DNA of 64,000 bases from Bdellovibrionales bacterium RIFOXYD12_FULL_39_22 (GCA_001770205.1 MEQL01000052.1:1-64000); one strand, 5' to 3'. Shown: positions 1-9,676, counted from the first letter of the stretch. The notes: generated from the letters alone by a model not told the origin. Translations and numbers: made by a program.

Positions 1-360
1 AAAAAACTGATCGTGAAATTTAATTTGTCATTGGAGAAATTATGATCTTTATGAGGTTTTCAAATTGTAGTGAGCAAAATCCAGGCCAAAGTCAGGTTTA
101 AATTACGCTAACTTAATAAAATAAAAAATTTACCCTGGGTACAACTAAGATGGAATGCAAAGTTTTGCGTTTTTAACAACTGTAATATTTTAACGGCTCA
201 CATAAAATCACTAGGATTGTAAGTGGTCGGTGGCCACAATCGCTGGCGGATAATGAGCAATGCTCGGAAAGGCGAGCTTTTGTGAACAGTCGCGTTAAAA
301 GACAGTCTCCCAACCTTAATATTTTATGATGGACGAAAGATCAATTTAAAGATAAAATGA

Positions 361-381
361 GGGTAAGATAAATTCTTATCC
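361..381. promoter_or_regulatory. Inverted repeat GGGTAAGA-N5-TCTTATCC, probable RHH antitoxin operator
   Basis: 7/8 inverted repeat 10 nt upstream of the antitoxin ATG; autoregulation at such sites is typical of RHH TA operons. Confidence 0.45.
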
Positions 382-391
382 GGGAGAATAT

Positions 392-616
392 ATGCCATCA
401 GCTAAAACAATCACAATTTCACTGCCTGTTGCAATGGCCAAGGAAATGAGTGTCGTTGCTCGGGAAGAACATCGAACACTTTCAGAGCTTCTTCGAGAGG
501 CATTTCGCCAATATAATGCCCAACGGCGATTGAAAAGTGTAGCGGCCAAAGGACGCAAACAAGCGAAGAAGTTAGGACTTACGGAAAAAGATTTTGGTGG
601 GCCTTTTGAAAAGTAA
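392..616 (+). CDS. Ribbon-helix-helix (CopG-like) antitoxin
   Basis: 74 aa; TITISLP beta strand followed by SELLREA helix; GGGAG RBS; overlaps the downstream PIN gene. Confidence 0.85.
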   Translation: MPSAKTITISLPVAMAKEMSVVAREEHRTLSELLREAFRQYNAQRRLKSVAAKGRKQAKKLGLTEKDFGGPFEK

Positions 617-1049
617 GTCGTCTAATTCAGAGCTGATTGTTTGTTTAGATGCCAACGTAATTATTTCAGCAATCGCGTTTAAAGGTAGGCCGTATGATGT
701 AGTTAATGCGGCCCTTTCGCGGGACTATTCGTTGGTGCTTGGAACAAATATTATTGAAGAGGTGCAGATAAATCTGTTACAAAAATTAAAGCTAAGTAGG
801 GGAGATGTTGATGCTGTATTAGATGAGTTATTGGCGGTAGCTTCAATTTATTCTCCTAGTGGGCAGTACAAAATTATTGAGCATAAAAAAGATAACCAAG
901 TTTTGGATGTGGCGTTAACGGCACAATGTGATGTGTTGGTTACTGGCGATAAGCGACATTTGCTTCCTCTAGATAAAGTTGGCAATTTAGTCATTGAATC
1001 TCCCTCTAGATTTTTAGCGCGTCTGGCACACTTTATAAAGACCACCTAG
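606..1049 (+). CDS. PIN-domain toxin (VapC/PIN_3-like)
   Basis: LDANVIISA, E, KDNQVL, VTGDKRHLL acidic PIN motifs; likely TTG start at 606 after GGTGG (ORF track starts at 594). Confidence 0.88.
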   Translation: MKSKSSNSELIVCLDANVIISAIAFKGRPYDVVNAALSRDYSLVLGTNIIEEVQINLLQKLKLSRGDVDAVLDELLAVASIYSPSGQYKIIEHKKDNQVLDVALTAQCDVLVTGDKRHLLPLDKVGNLVIESPSRFLARLAHFIKTT

Positions 1050-1410
1050 TAAAGTTAGATAAGCATTTTCGTGTGGGACTTTGTGTGGGAATGTAGGCGA
1101 AAATTGGCAAAAATGAGAGAAAATAGACGAAAAGAAATGAACCTAAAAAGTTAAGTTAAGTTGTTAATAATAAAAATAAAATCAGTAAAAATAAGGTCTT
1201 GCTATTTTTCTGAAAAATTGGCCTTGTGACTTCCCTACCGGTATCGACGCTGTATCCAGGCCCGCGATCAAAACTTCTGAATTATAAAATTCCCTTTGAG
1301 ATCATGAAATAAAAAGAAACGTAAAAAAGAGAAGGCAAGAAAAGGTATGACGTACCTTTTAAATTGCTATACTGTAAAACTCCACCACAAAAATCATGGA
1401 GTGAAATTAT

Positions 1411-3375
1411 ATGAATAATGGGGTATCCGATTTAAAAATCAATGAAACGATCAATGAGCTGGCAGCAACGCTGAATAGTTCATCCAAAACAATAGCAGCA
1501 AAAGGTATAAAACATGCAGGCTCACTTTGGAGAAAAGAGGATGGCTCAGAAGATGAGTTTAAACTATTTTGTATTAAATATTTTGTTTCTGACAGCAGCG
1601 AAAAAGCAGAAGTCTTTAATAAGGCCTGCAAGAATTTTGAATCGCTTTTTGGCCACTTCTCGCAATTATCTCTTGAACTTCGTGAAAATATCGATTTAGA
1701 TCGTGGCCCGCTACACTACATTGACGAGATGTTCGGATCTTATAGCGTTGGAGCGCATTTTAGTGATGATTTTTTTAGTAATAAAATTGCCTTTATTATC
1801 GCTCTGAATTTCCCTTACTATTCGCTAACAGAAAAAAATGAGTTAGGAAAAAACTGGAGTGCAAAAGATTGGGCTTATGCTCGACTTGGAGATTTTTTTA
1901 TCAATCGTATTCCGGCAGAATTGCAGCAAAAGGCCACTGCGGTTTCCAGTAAGGCCGGACTCTACGTCTCTGAATATAATATTTATATGGGGAAAATAAC
2001 TACCGATAACGATAAGCAATTGTTCCCAATCGACATGGTCTTACTTTCTCACTGGAATCTTAGAGATGAATTAAAATCAAATTATGGAAATAAAGAAGAT
2101 GGAATTGAAAAGCAAAAAACTATTTATGAGATTATGAAGCGTATTATTGCTCAGGAAATCCCACAAAAAGTAATCAACTGTGGTGAATATTTTTGGAATC
2201 CTTTCAGCAATAAAACTTTTAAAGATGGACGCGAAGTTAGCTTAACTGCTGAGGCCGATACTCGCTATCAGCATATTCTCAACAACTTTCACGCAATGAA
2301 AGCGATCGACTCTTATACCCCAGAAATGAATACATATATTATGAGAACATTTGCCGGGGAGATGGAGATACCTCAAATTGAGGTGGAAAATATTTTTGAT
2401 GAATATCTCCGTGCACCACTTTTAAAAAAACTTGCTGAATTAATCAAACAACGCCTTGGCAGAGATCTTTTGGCATATGATATCTGGTACGATGGTTTTA
2501 AGGCCAGATCATCAATCTCAGAAGAAAAATTGAACGCTATTACCCAAAAACTTTATCCCAACACAGCTGCCTATGAAAAAGACATGGCAAAAACTCTCGA
2601 AAAATTAGGATTCGCACAAGAAAATGCCCAAAACATATCTTCATTTATCGCAGTAGATGCTGCACGCGGTTCTGGACATGCCTGGGGTGCTCAGATGCGT
2701 ACAGCGAAAGCACATCTTCGAACAAGGATTGGTGCCGCTGGTATGAGCTACAAAGGATACAACATTGCTACTCATGAGTTTGGCCACAATGTTGAACAGA
2801 CCATTTCGCTTCACCAGACTCCCTATTATACACTCAATGGAGTGCCGAATACTGCTTTTACGGAGGCACTTGCGTTCTTATTTCAAAAGCGTGATCTAGA
2901 GATTCTTGGTATCAATAATAGCGACAAACAAGTTGATAATTTTAAAATTCTAGACATTTGTTGGCACACTTTTGAAATGATGGGCGTGTCTATGGTGGAT
3001 ATGGGAATTTGGAAATGGATGTATGAAAATCCACAAGCGACTCCTACCCAACTGAAAACCCAGACGATCAATATTGCAAAAAATATTTGGAATAAGTATT
3101 TTTCAGCGATTTATGGTTCAAAAGATGAGCCAATTCTTGCGATATACTCACACATGATTAATTCTCCACTATATCTTTCCAACTACTCTTTTGGTTCTCT
3201 CATCGAATTCCAACTAGGACAATATTTAAAGGGGAAAGACTTTGGTAAAGAGGTAGAACGAATTTGGAGTTTAGGTAGATTGACGCCTAGACATTGGATG
3301 CAAAAGGCCGTTGGCCAAGATCTACTTTCGAAACCATTATTGGAAGCGGCAGAAGAGGCGCTTAAGAACATTTAA
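1411..3375 (+). CDS. Conserved hypothetical protein, putative gluzincin (M3/M32-like) metallopeptidase
   Basis: 654 aa; THEFGH (HExxH) followed about 25 aa later by NTAFTEALA; H..YL..Y segment near the C-terminus; GGAG RBS. Confidence 0.65.
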   Translation: MNNGVSDLKINETINELAATLNSSSKTIAAKGIKHAGSLWRKEDGSEDEFKLFCIKYFVSDSSEKAEVFNKACKNFESLFGHFSQLSLELRENIDLDRGPLHYIDEMFGSYSVGAHFSDDFFSNKIAFIIALNFPYYSLTEKNELGKNWSAKDWAYARLGDFFINRIPAELQQKATAVSSKAGLYVSEYNIYMGKITTDNDKQLFPIDMVLLSHWNLRDELKSNYGNKEDGIEKQKTIYEIMKRIIAQEIPQKVINCGEYFWNPFSNKTFKDGREVSLTAEADTRYQHILNNFHAMKAIDSYTPEMNTYIMRTFAGEMEIPQIEVENIFDEYLRAPLLKKLAELIKQRLGRDLLAYDIWYDGFKARSSISEEKLNAITQKLYPNTAAYEKDMAKTLEKLGFAQENAQNISSFIAVDAARGSGHAWGAQMRTAKAHLRTRIGAAGMSYKGYNIATHEFGHNVEQTISLHQTPYYTLNGVPNTAFTEALAFLFQKRDLEILGINNSDKQVDNFKILDICWHTFEMMGVSMVDMGIWKWMYENPQATPTQLKTQTINIAKNIWNKYFSAIYGSKDEPILAIYSHMINSPLYLSNYSFGSLIEFQLGQYLKGKDFGKEVERIWSLGRLTPRHWMQKAVGQDLLSKPLLEAAEEALKNI

Positions 3376-3519
3376 TTTTTCTTGATCGTCTAAAATTAAT
3401 AATTCATCCCTAATTCGATTCACCCGAGACAATCCCTTTGTCAGATACGATAACAACTTTTGAACGAATGTGGATAGTAGATTTGATTTTTTTATCTAAG
3501 TTGGGTGTTGGTCAAACAC

Positions 3520-3618
3520 CTAGCACTGTCTCTCTTCAATGATTTCTAAAAAATCTTTTCTCTCCATCTCGTTGAGTCTTGAGAGGCCCCAGTCATCAAT
3601 GATTAGCAAATCAACTTT
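3520..3618 (-). pseudogene. istB: IS21-family IstB helper ATPase fragment
   Basis: Minus strand reads KVDLLIIDDWGLSRLNEMERKDFLEIIEERQC*, the IstB/DnaC Walker B region; no Walker A or start in frame; no istA nearby. Confidence 0.75.
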
Positions 3619-3935
3619 ATTATCCTTTACAAAGACCAGCTTAGCTTTCAGGTAAAGGCTAAGTGGCAAGTGAATGGAAAATTTGTAGATGATCCGACAC
3701 TTGAAACAGATGAATCGGAAATAACTCTAAATTAGTGATTGGGATGCGGGGAAAAGCGCTACCTGGCTAAATTTAAACTATTAGGCAACTGACTTTGTTC
3801 TATTTCTAGATGAAGGACGTCTTGAATAAGAGTGTTTTACTTTCAGCTGGGGTGTTATTTCATCATGACAGCTTGAAATTTTGATAATTATTTGTCAGGG
3901 GGACATGGCGCGAATTTGTAATATTGGTTTTGTGA

Positions 3936-4793
3936 TTAGATATCAATAAACATTAGATTCATATAAATTGACCAGAACTTATCCCATGCGGCCAAGTAGT
4001 CGCTGTCAGACCATTTCATTTTTAGCCCTGTTCTTTTTACGCCTTTGGGAAGCTTTAATTTCGAAATGTTTTTCGTTTTTTTCAATATATATTCAAACTG
4101 AAGTGGAGTTTGAAATGTAAGTGGTTTTATTTTTTTTCGATTGGAGAAGGATGTTTTAACGCTTTTAAAAATTTCCATTTCACATTCACCCAAATTCCGG
4201 AGCGCAACTCTACCATCCTTTAATTTTTCTTTTGTGGCAATTCCATGGATTCCTTTTATGAATTTTTTTGCCTCTTTGATTGCCTCCGTATCACCTGATA
4301 TGGCGATTGTTGGTATATTGAAATACCCCGCGACTCCCGCAATCATGGCAATTTCGCCGACTTCTGTTGAGTTAATTGTAACTTTTTTATTTTTACCTCC
4401 ATCAACAGTGTGAGATGCAAAACCGATCTTATTACTTTCCATTGGATGAAAGCCGATTAAGACCACTGCCCCAATGTCGTAATTTTGGTAGATATCTTTT
4501 ACGGTATCTAATGTGTGCATGTTGGAATTACAACTATGAGGAAGGAGTTTGTTCACTATATGCATTAGATACTTATCGTCAGTATTTTTTCCAGAGTTGT
4601 GTGCATCGCACAGGTATATCTTTTTTGCTCCTGCAGCTATGGCACCGGCAGCAGCCGAATTTATTTCCTTTGTTAATAATTTTCTCCCATACACTTCCCA
4701 CTCTTCTGATGAACCATTTTGTAATCTCATATCGGCAATTCCCATGGTTCCTTCCATATCAGCAATTATAAGTAAATTGTTTTTTGATTTCAT
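3936..4793 (-). CDS. dppA: M55 family D-aminopeptidase (DppA-like)
   Basis: IADMEG, DAHN, IGFH, SHT, GEI and ISGD motifs; ATG at 4793 preferred to TTG at 4814. Confidence 0.85.
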   Translation of the reverse strand: MKSKNNLLIIADMEGTMGIADMRLQNGSSEEWEVYGRKLLTKEINSAAAGAIAAGAKKIYLCDAHNSGKNTDDKYLMHIVNKLLPHSCNSNMHTLDTVKDIYQNYDIGAVVLIGFHPMESNKIGFASHTVDGGKNKKVTINSTEVGEIAMIAGVAGYFNIPTIAISGDTEAIKEAKKFIKGIHGIATKEKLKDGRVALRNLGECEMEIFKSVKTSFSNRKKIKPLTFQTPLQFEYILKKTKNISKLKLPKGVKRTGLKMKWSDSDYLAAWDKFWSIYMNLMFIDI

Positions 4794-5209
4794 AAATCCA
4801 ACCTTTCTGTCCAAATGTTAGCGGCCAATTAATCTAAAGATAAAAAATTAATAATAGGTTCTATAATTATGTTTGCTCTTATACCAAAAGGAACTGCTCA
4901 ATACTTTCTTAATTTAACATCCTGTAATTATTTCATAATCAGGGAATTAAAATATCGCAGTGGTATACTTACAGGTACATTTTTAAGACGACAAGCCAAG
5001 GGCGTAAGAAGGACTACTACCACAGAAGCGTTTTACTTTTGATCCGTATGTTATTACACGGCCAAGCTAGTAAAGTAATTGCGTAACGATCTGCTCTAAT
5101 TAACGTTTTTTTTGCTAATTATGTGTTGCCATCAGAGTTTTTAAAGATAGACAAAGAGGGTAATAAATTCTCTATTTTATAATCACTTTGAATAGTATAA
5201 AGTGCTAGT

Positions 5210-6382
5210 ATGCTTAAACTGCCCAAGATGCACATTGCAACTCTCACTTTATCTCTTTTGTTTCTTTTGAAATACCATTCTCTTCAGGCAGAGTGTCTAA
5301 AAAATATACCTGCTCTTACAATTGAGGAGGTTTTGATATCAACTGATCTCGAAAAACTTGAAAAGCTAATTGCTAAAATTAATGAAAAAATCTTAGAACT
5401 AAAAACGAGTGAAGTTGAACAAGAATTAACGAAATCAATAGAAGGTGGCCGTGAATTTAGTTGTGAAGAAAGAAAAATATATATAAAAGAAAAAATCGAT
5501 ACATCGCTTACACCTTTACAATTAATAAAAGACATTGCAAAAAATCCGCCACAAGTTTTATTTTTTGGTGATACTCATGACGTTATCGACTATGTAGCGT
5601 GGTTTACCGACATAGTGAAAGTTTATAAAAAAGAAAATCCCAAGCTTGATTGCCTTTTTGTAGAAGAGGCTCCAAAGCTTGAACAGCAAAAATTAATTAT
5701 TTCAGCTAAGCGTTATTATGATAAAAACAAGGATATTGAAACGGCTGTCAAATCTTACGCCAAAGATCATAACTTGCCTTTTAAGTCATTTAAGTCATCC
5801 GCAAAGCCTGGTGATGCTTTCTCAATGACATTGGGTGATGATCTTTGGGTTAACTCATATGAGCTAGAAATGTATTTTTTACATAACATCAAAATAATTA
5901 ATATAGATAATAGAACACATAATCGAGACCTCTTTATGTCTGAATATATAAGCTCTTTATTTTCAACAGGGCAATGTCACTATGCTATTTCAATGCTTGG
6001 TAAAGGACATCTCCGACAACAGAAATTTTTACTTAACAAAAATGGCATTACATCCAAAACTGTTGGCTTTCAAAACCTAAATGCTTATGAAAGAGAGATT
6101 GATTCATTTTTTCAAACACGTCTTCCAGATGGTACTCTTTCAAGACGAACTCATAAAGTGATAAGCTTTCTAGACTACGAAACTTGTCCCCCGTTCGATA
6201 AGAAGCCTAATCATGCTTTTGCTGTAAAAAGTAACGAAGATGGGCCAAGAGTTAATTTAAATGATGATTTTAAATTTCGTTGGAATTCTTTTGATGCACA
6301 AATAATAGGTCCGGTTTTTCCAACGGGTCCAAGCAATGAATCATTTGAACATAATGCAAGAATTATGGATCAAAAAGAATAA
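5210..6382 (+). CDS. Secreted hypothetical protein, EreA/ChaN-like fold
   Basis: N-terminal signal peptide; motif order FFGDTH / LFVEE / NRDLFM / LGKGHL matches the ChaN/EreA/TraB superfamily pattern. Confidence 0.5.
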   Translation: MLKLPKMHIATLTLSLLFLLKYHSLQAECLKNIPALTIEEVLISTDLEKLEKLIAKINEKILELKTSEVEQELTKSIEGGREFSCEERKIYIKEKIDTSLTPLQLIKDIAKNPPQVLFFGDTHDVIDYVAWFTDIVKVYKKENPKLDCLFVEEAPKLEQQKLIISAKRYYDKNKDIETAVKSYAKDHNLPFKSFKSSAKPGDAFSMTLGDDLWVNSYELEMYFLHNIKIINIDNRTHNRDLFMSEYISSLFSTGQCHYAISMLGKGHLRQQKFLLNKNGITSKTVGFQNLNAYEREIDSFFQTRLPDGTLSRRTHKVISFLDYETCPPFDKKPNHAFAVKSNEDGPRVNLNDDFKFRWNSFDAQIIGPVFPTGPSNESFEHNARIMDQKE

Positions 6383-6594
6383 CATGTTTTAAATCTTGAT
6401 CGATGGATATAACTTGTCTCATCTTTAGTAAGTTTATTTGTATGTTATAACCAGCATACCCGAGTAAACCTCCATCTATTTAGGGTGTGACATTAGAGAA
6501 GTAAGAAAATGCATCAACAAAACCTTTCTACCTTCACTAAATCCGTTATATGCGCTATATAGCGTAAATAACCAATAACTTCAGAAGGCCTAAC

Positions 6595-8193
6595 ATGAAC
6601 GAAGAATCTAAACGCTGCACATTTGCCATCATTTCTCACCCCGATGCAGGAAAAACAACCATGACGGAAAAGCTATTATGGTTTGGAAACGTCATTCGCA
6701 GCACCGGAATGGTAAAGTCTAAAACTGGAAACTATGCCACTTCTGATTGGATGGAATTAGAAAAACAACGAGGCATCTCCATTACCTCTTCAGTCATGTC
6801 TTTTCCCTACAAAGATCGCGCCATGCACCTCCTTGATACCCCCGGACACAAAGATTTTTCCGAGGATACTTACCGTACTCTAACGGCCGTCGAATCCGTG
6901 TTGATGATGATCGATTCTGCCAAGGGCGTGGAGGCGCAAACTATAAAGCTAATGGAGGTTTGTCGTTTGCGAGATACTCCGATAGTAACCTTTATGAATA
7001 AGTTCGATCGCGACTCTCTCGATCCTTTTGCGTTAATCGATAACGTTGAATCTATTCTTTCCATTCAGTGTATCCCTATGACTTGGCCAATCGGTGATGG
7101 TGTAAACTTTAAGGGGGTCTACGACATGGCCACGGCACAAATCAGAAGTTTTAAAGAGAGTGCTGACCCAACAAGTCCAACTATTATTGATGCTTCTGAT
7201 TTAAACTCTCCCGATCTGCGGGCCTTTATTGGAGATACTCTGCTGCAGAAATTAAAAGATGATCTACATATGTTAGGGGAACTAGTTCCTCCGCTGGACA
7301 TAAATGAATTTTTGGCCGGAATTCAAACGCCTCTTTTTTTTGGTTCAGCACTGCATACCTTTGGCATAAAAGAGACTCTGGATATGATCGCCACCAATGC
7401 TCCCGGCCCGGCCAAACGAGAGGTTAAGTTGGCACCCTATGATTCTTCTGCGCCTACCAGAATGATTTATCCCGAAGAGGAAAAATTCACCGGTTTCGTT
7501 TTTAAAATTCAGGCCAATATGGATAAAAAACACCGTGACCGCATGGCATTTTTAAGAGTTTGCTCTGGAAAATTCATGCGCGGACAAAAAATCTTTCACG
7601 TGCGCAGTGAAAAAGAGATCAAAATTTCCACTCCGATGATGTTACAGGCACAGCATCGAGAAATTTCAGAATACGCCTATCCTGGAGATATTATCGGATT
7701 GCACGATACTGGCAAATATCAAATTGGAGATACTTTTTCAGAAGGAGAAAAAATTCAATTTACCGGCATACCCAACTTTGCTCCAGAAATTTTTATGAAA
7801 GTCATGTTAAAAGATCCAATGAAAGGAAAGCAGCTTGAGACTGGATTAAAACAACTATCGGAGGAAGGAACCGTTCAGCTATTTACTCGTCTCAACATCA
7901 ACGAGAAAGTGTTGGGGGCCGTTGGGATGTTGCAATTTGAAGTAGTAAAATTTCGCCTTGAAGATGAATATGGTGTATTGGCCGACTATCAACAACACAA
8001 TTTTGTGGGAGTAAGATGGTTAAAATTTGTGGATGATAAGCAAAAAAATAAATTTGTTAGCGATTACGGTAACAATATTGTCTATGATAATAAAAACCGC
8101 ATCTGCTTTGCAGTAAAAAGCGAGTGGGATCTGAAATTGATTATGGAAAAAAATCCTACTATCCACTTTTATAAAAATTCTGATTACAAATAA
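6595..8193 (+). CDS. prfC: Peptide chain release factor 3
   Basis: FAIISHPDAGKTT, DWMELEKQRGISIT, DTPGHKDFSEDTYR, FKIQANMD, GAVGMLQFEV. Confidence 0.98.
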   Translation: MNEESKRCTFAIISHPDAGKTTMTEKLLWFGNVIRSTGMVKSKTGNYATSDWMELEKQRGISITSSVMSFPYKDRAMHLLDTPGHKDFSEDTYRTLTAVESVLMMIDSAKGVEAQTIKLMEVCRLRDTPIVTFMNKFDRDSLDPFALIDNVESILSIQCIPMTWPIGDGVNFKGVYDMATAQIRSFKESADPTSPTIIDASDLNSPDLRAFIGDTLLQKLKDDLHMLGELVPPLDINEFLAGIQTPLFFGSALHTFGIKETLDMIATNAPGPAKREVKLAPYDSSAPTRMIYPEEEKFTGFVFKIQANMDKKHRDRMAFLRVCSGKFMRGQKIFHVRSEKEIKISTPMMLQAQHREISEYAYPGDIIGLHDTGKYQIGDTFSEGEKIQFTGIPNFAPEIFMKVMLKDPMKGKQLETGLKQLSEEGTVQLFTRLNINEKVLGAVGMLQFEVVKFRLEDEYGVLADYQQHNFVGVRWLKFVDDKQKNKFVSDYGNNIVYDNKNRICFAVKSEWDLKLIMEKNPTIHFYKNSDYK

Positions 8194-8431
8194 ACAATAT
8201 CTAGCGGCCAGATCAACAATTTTTTGGCAATCTTGTCAATCGCCTTTACGATACAATCTTTCCTCGAAAGTGATGCGCCGTCTATATAATTATTAGATGT
8301 TAAATTATTCTACAAAAAAAAACTTCCCTTAGTATTTTGCTGTGCTAGCATTTCGATCACAAAATAAAATGACGCCGGATAATCCAATTTTGATATCTTC
8401 CTTTAGGCGCACACACCCGTAGGGAAAACGA

Positions 8432-9553
8432 ATGTTAAATATCACTTTCGCACTGATTTTCTTCTTAAACTTGTTCACATCTCTATTTGCCGCTACCTCT
8501 TATAACTTTGGACAATTATATTTTTGGCCATACGAGGAGGAGGGTTGCAACAATACTAAAGATAAATTTTTGGCCAAAACTAGTTCCATACGCGCCGTCT
8601 CAAGAAGCATAAAAGGGCGCTACGAATGCAACGTAGTTGGTGGCCGCTGGGTAGATTATTTCACCGGCGAAGAACTAAATGATGCTAGAGAAATTACAGT
8701 TGCTCCAATAGTTCCGCTGCTTCATTTAAAACGCCTAGGGGTTAATTGGGATCTCTCAAAAATGATCAACTACGTGCATGACGAAAGTAATTTGATTATT
8801 TTCAAAAAGGGCTCTCAATCAGAAGCGGCATATCTTACCAACATTCAGCAAGTAAAATACATGCCAAAACCAGAAGTCAATCAATGCGAATTCCTTGGAC
8901 GCTGGATGGACACTAAAATAAATTGGAATATTCCTTTTTTGAGTGGTGAAAAAGAAGACGTATCGCAAGCGGCACTAGACTGCTTGGCACGCATTCGCTT
9001 TAATCGGCAAGATACTTTTGGGCCATGGCTGGTAGCACCTGGACACGCTTGTCCTACTCGTGTCGAAGTGCTAAACAGAGACTCCTATGTAACTACCACC
9101 AGGGCCGGAGAAGAGATTGCGGCCAGCGGACAATGTGCTAACATTGTTTCTGGCAAGTGGTTTGACCCTTATACGGGAAATACTTTTACTACGGCAAAAG
9201 AGCTCGATATTGATCACGTTGTCCCACTAAAACAAACATATGAGGTTGGTGCTTGGAAATGGCCGGATTGGAAGCGAAAAGAATACGCCAACTATCAAGA
9301 AAACCCCTTTCACTTAATTGCGGTTGATCTTAGAGAAAACAGAAGCAAGGGCAGTCGTCATCCGGGGGAATATATGCCACCAAATAGGGCCTATCACTGC
9401 GAATATGTAGAAAACTGGATCGGCATTAAACTGCGCTGGGGACTTCCGATGGTAAGTAGTGAGAGTCAATTTCTTCTCTCCTTCATTAAAAGTTGTCATG
9501 GCCTAGATGTCCCTAAATACACCGCTATAATTCAAATGCTAAGCACGCAATAA
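8432..9553 (+). CDS. Secreted HNH (DUF1524-like) nuclease with a duplicated domain
   Basis: Signal peptide; C-terminal W.DPYTG...IDHVVPL...ENRSKG...YMPP...C.Y...W..IK; a homologous but degenerate N-terminal copy. Confidence 0.8.
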   Translation: MLNITFALIFFLNLFTSLFAATSYNFGQLYFWPYEEEGCNNTKDKFLAKTSSIRAVSRSIKGRYECNVVGGRWVDYFTGEELNDAREITVAPIVPLLHLKRLGVNWDLSKMINYVHDESNLIIFKKGSQSEAAYLTNIQQVKYMPKPEVNQCEFLGRWMDTKINWNIPFLSGEKEDVSQAALDCLARIRFNRQDTFGPWLVAPGHACPTRVEVLNRDSYVTTTRAGEEIAASGQCANIVSGKWFDPYTGNTFTTAKELDIDHVVPLKQTYEVGAWKWPDWKRKEYANYQENPFHLIAVDLRENRSKGSRHPGEYMPPNRAYHCEYVENWIGIKLRWGLPMVSSESQFLLSFIKSCHGLDVPKYTAIIQMLSTQ

Positions 9554-9676
9554 ACGATAATATCGTAGGCCATGAACTACGTTCTTTCGCTTAGATTACC
9601 AAAAGATTTTGGTCTTATATTTAAGTGCATTTTTTGCCCATTCGTTTAATTTTTTTATAATATATCCTATCAAATC

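Noticed and set aside
1219..1270. Minus-strand GTAGGGAAGTCAC resembles the 3' end of the E. coli thiM TPP riboswitch; the ...GGCCA end suggested a tRNA or tmRNA fragment
   Set aside because: No CTGAGA or ACCTGAT core, no GTTCRA T-loop and no thiamine gene downstream
4817..5100. GTTAGCGG cassette-like core site and a ~57-codon ORF from ATG 4869
   Set aside because: No matching inverse core or hairpin, no RBS and no recognisable protein; at most decayed sequence
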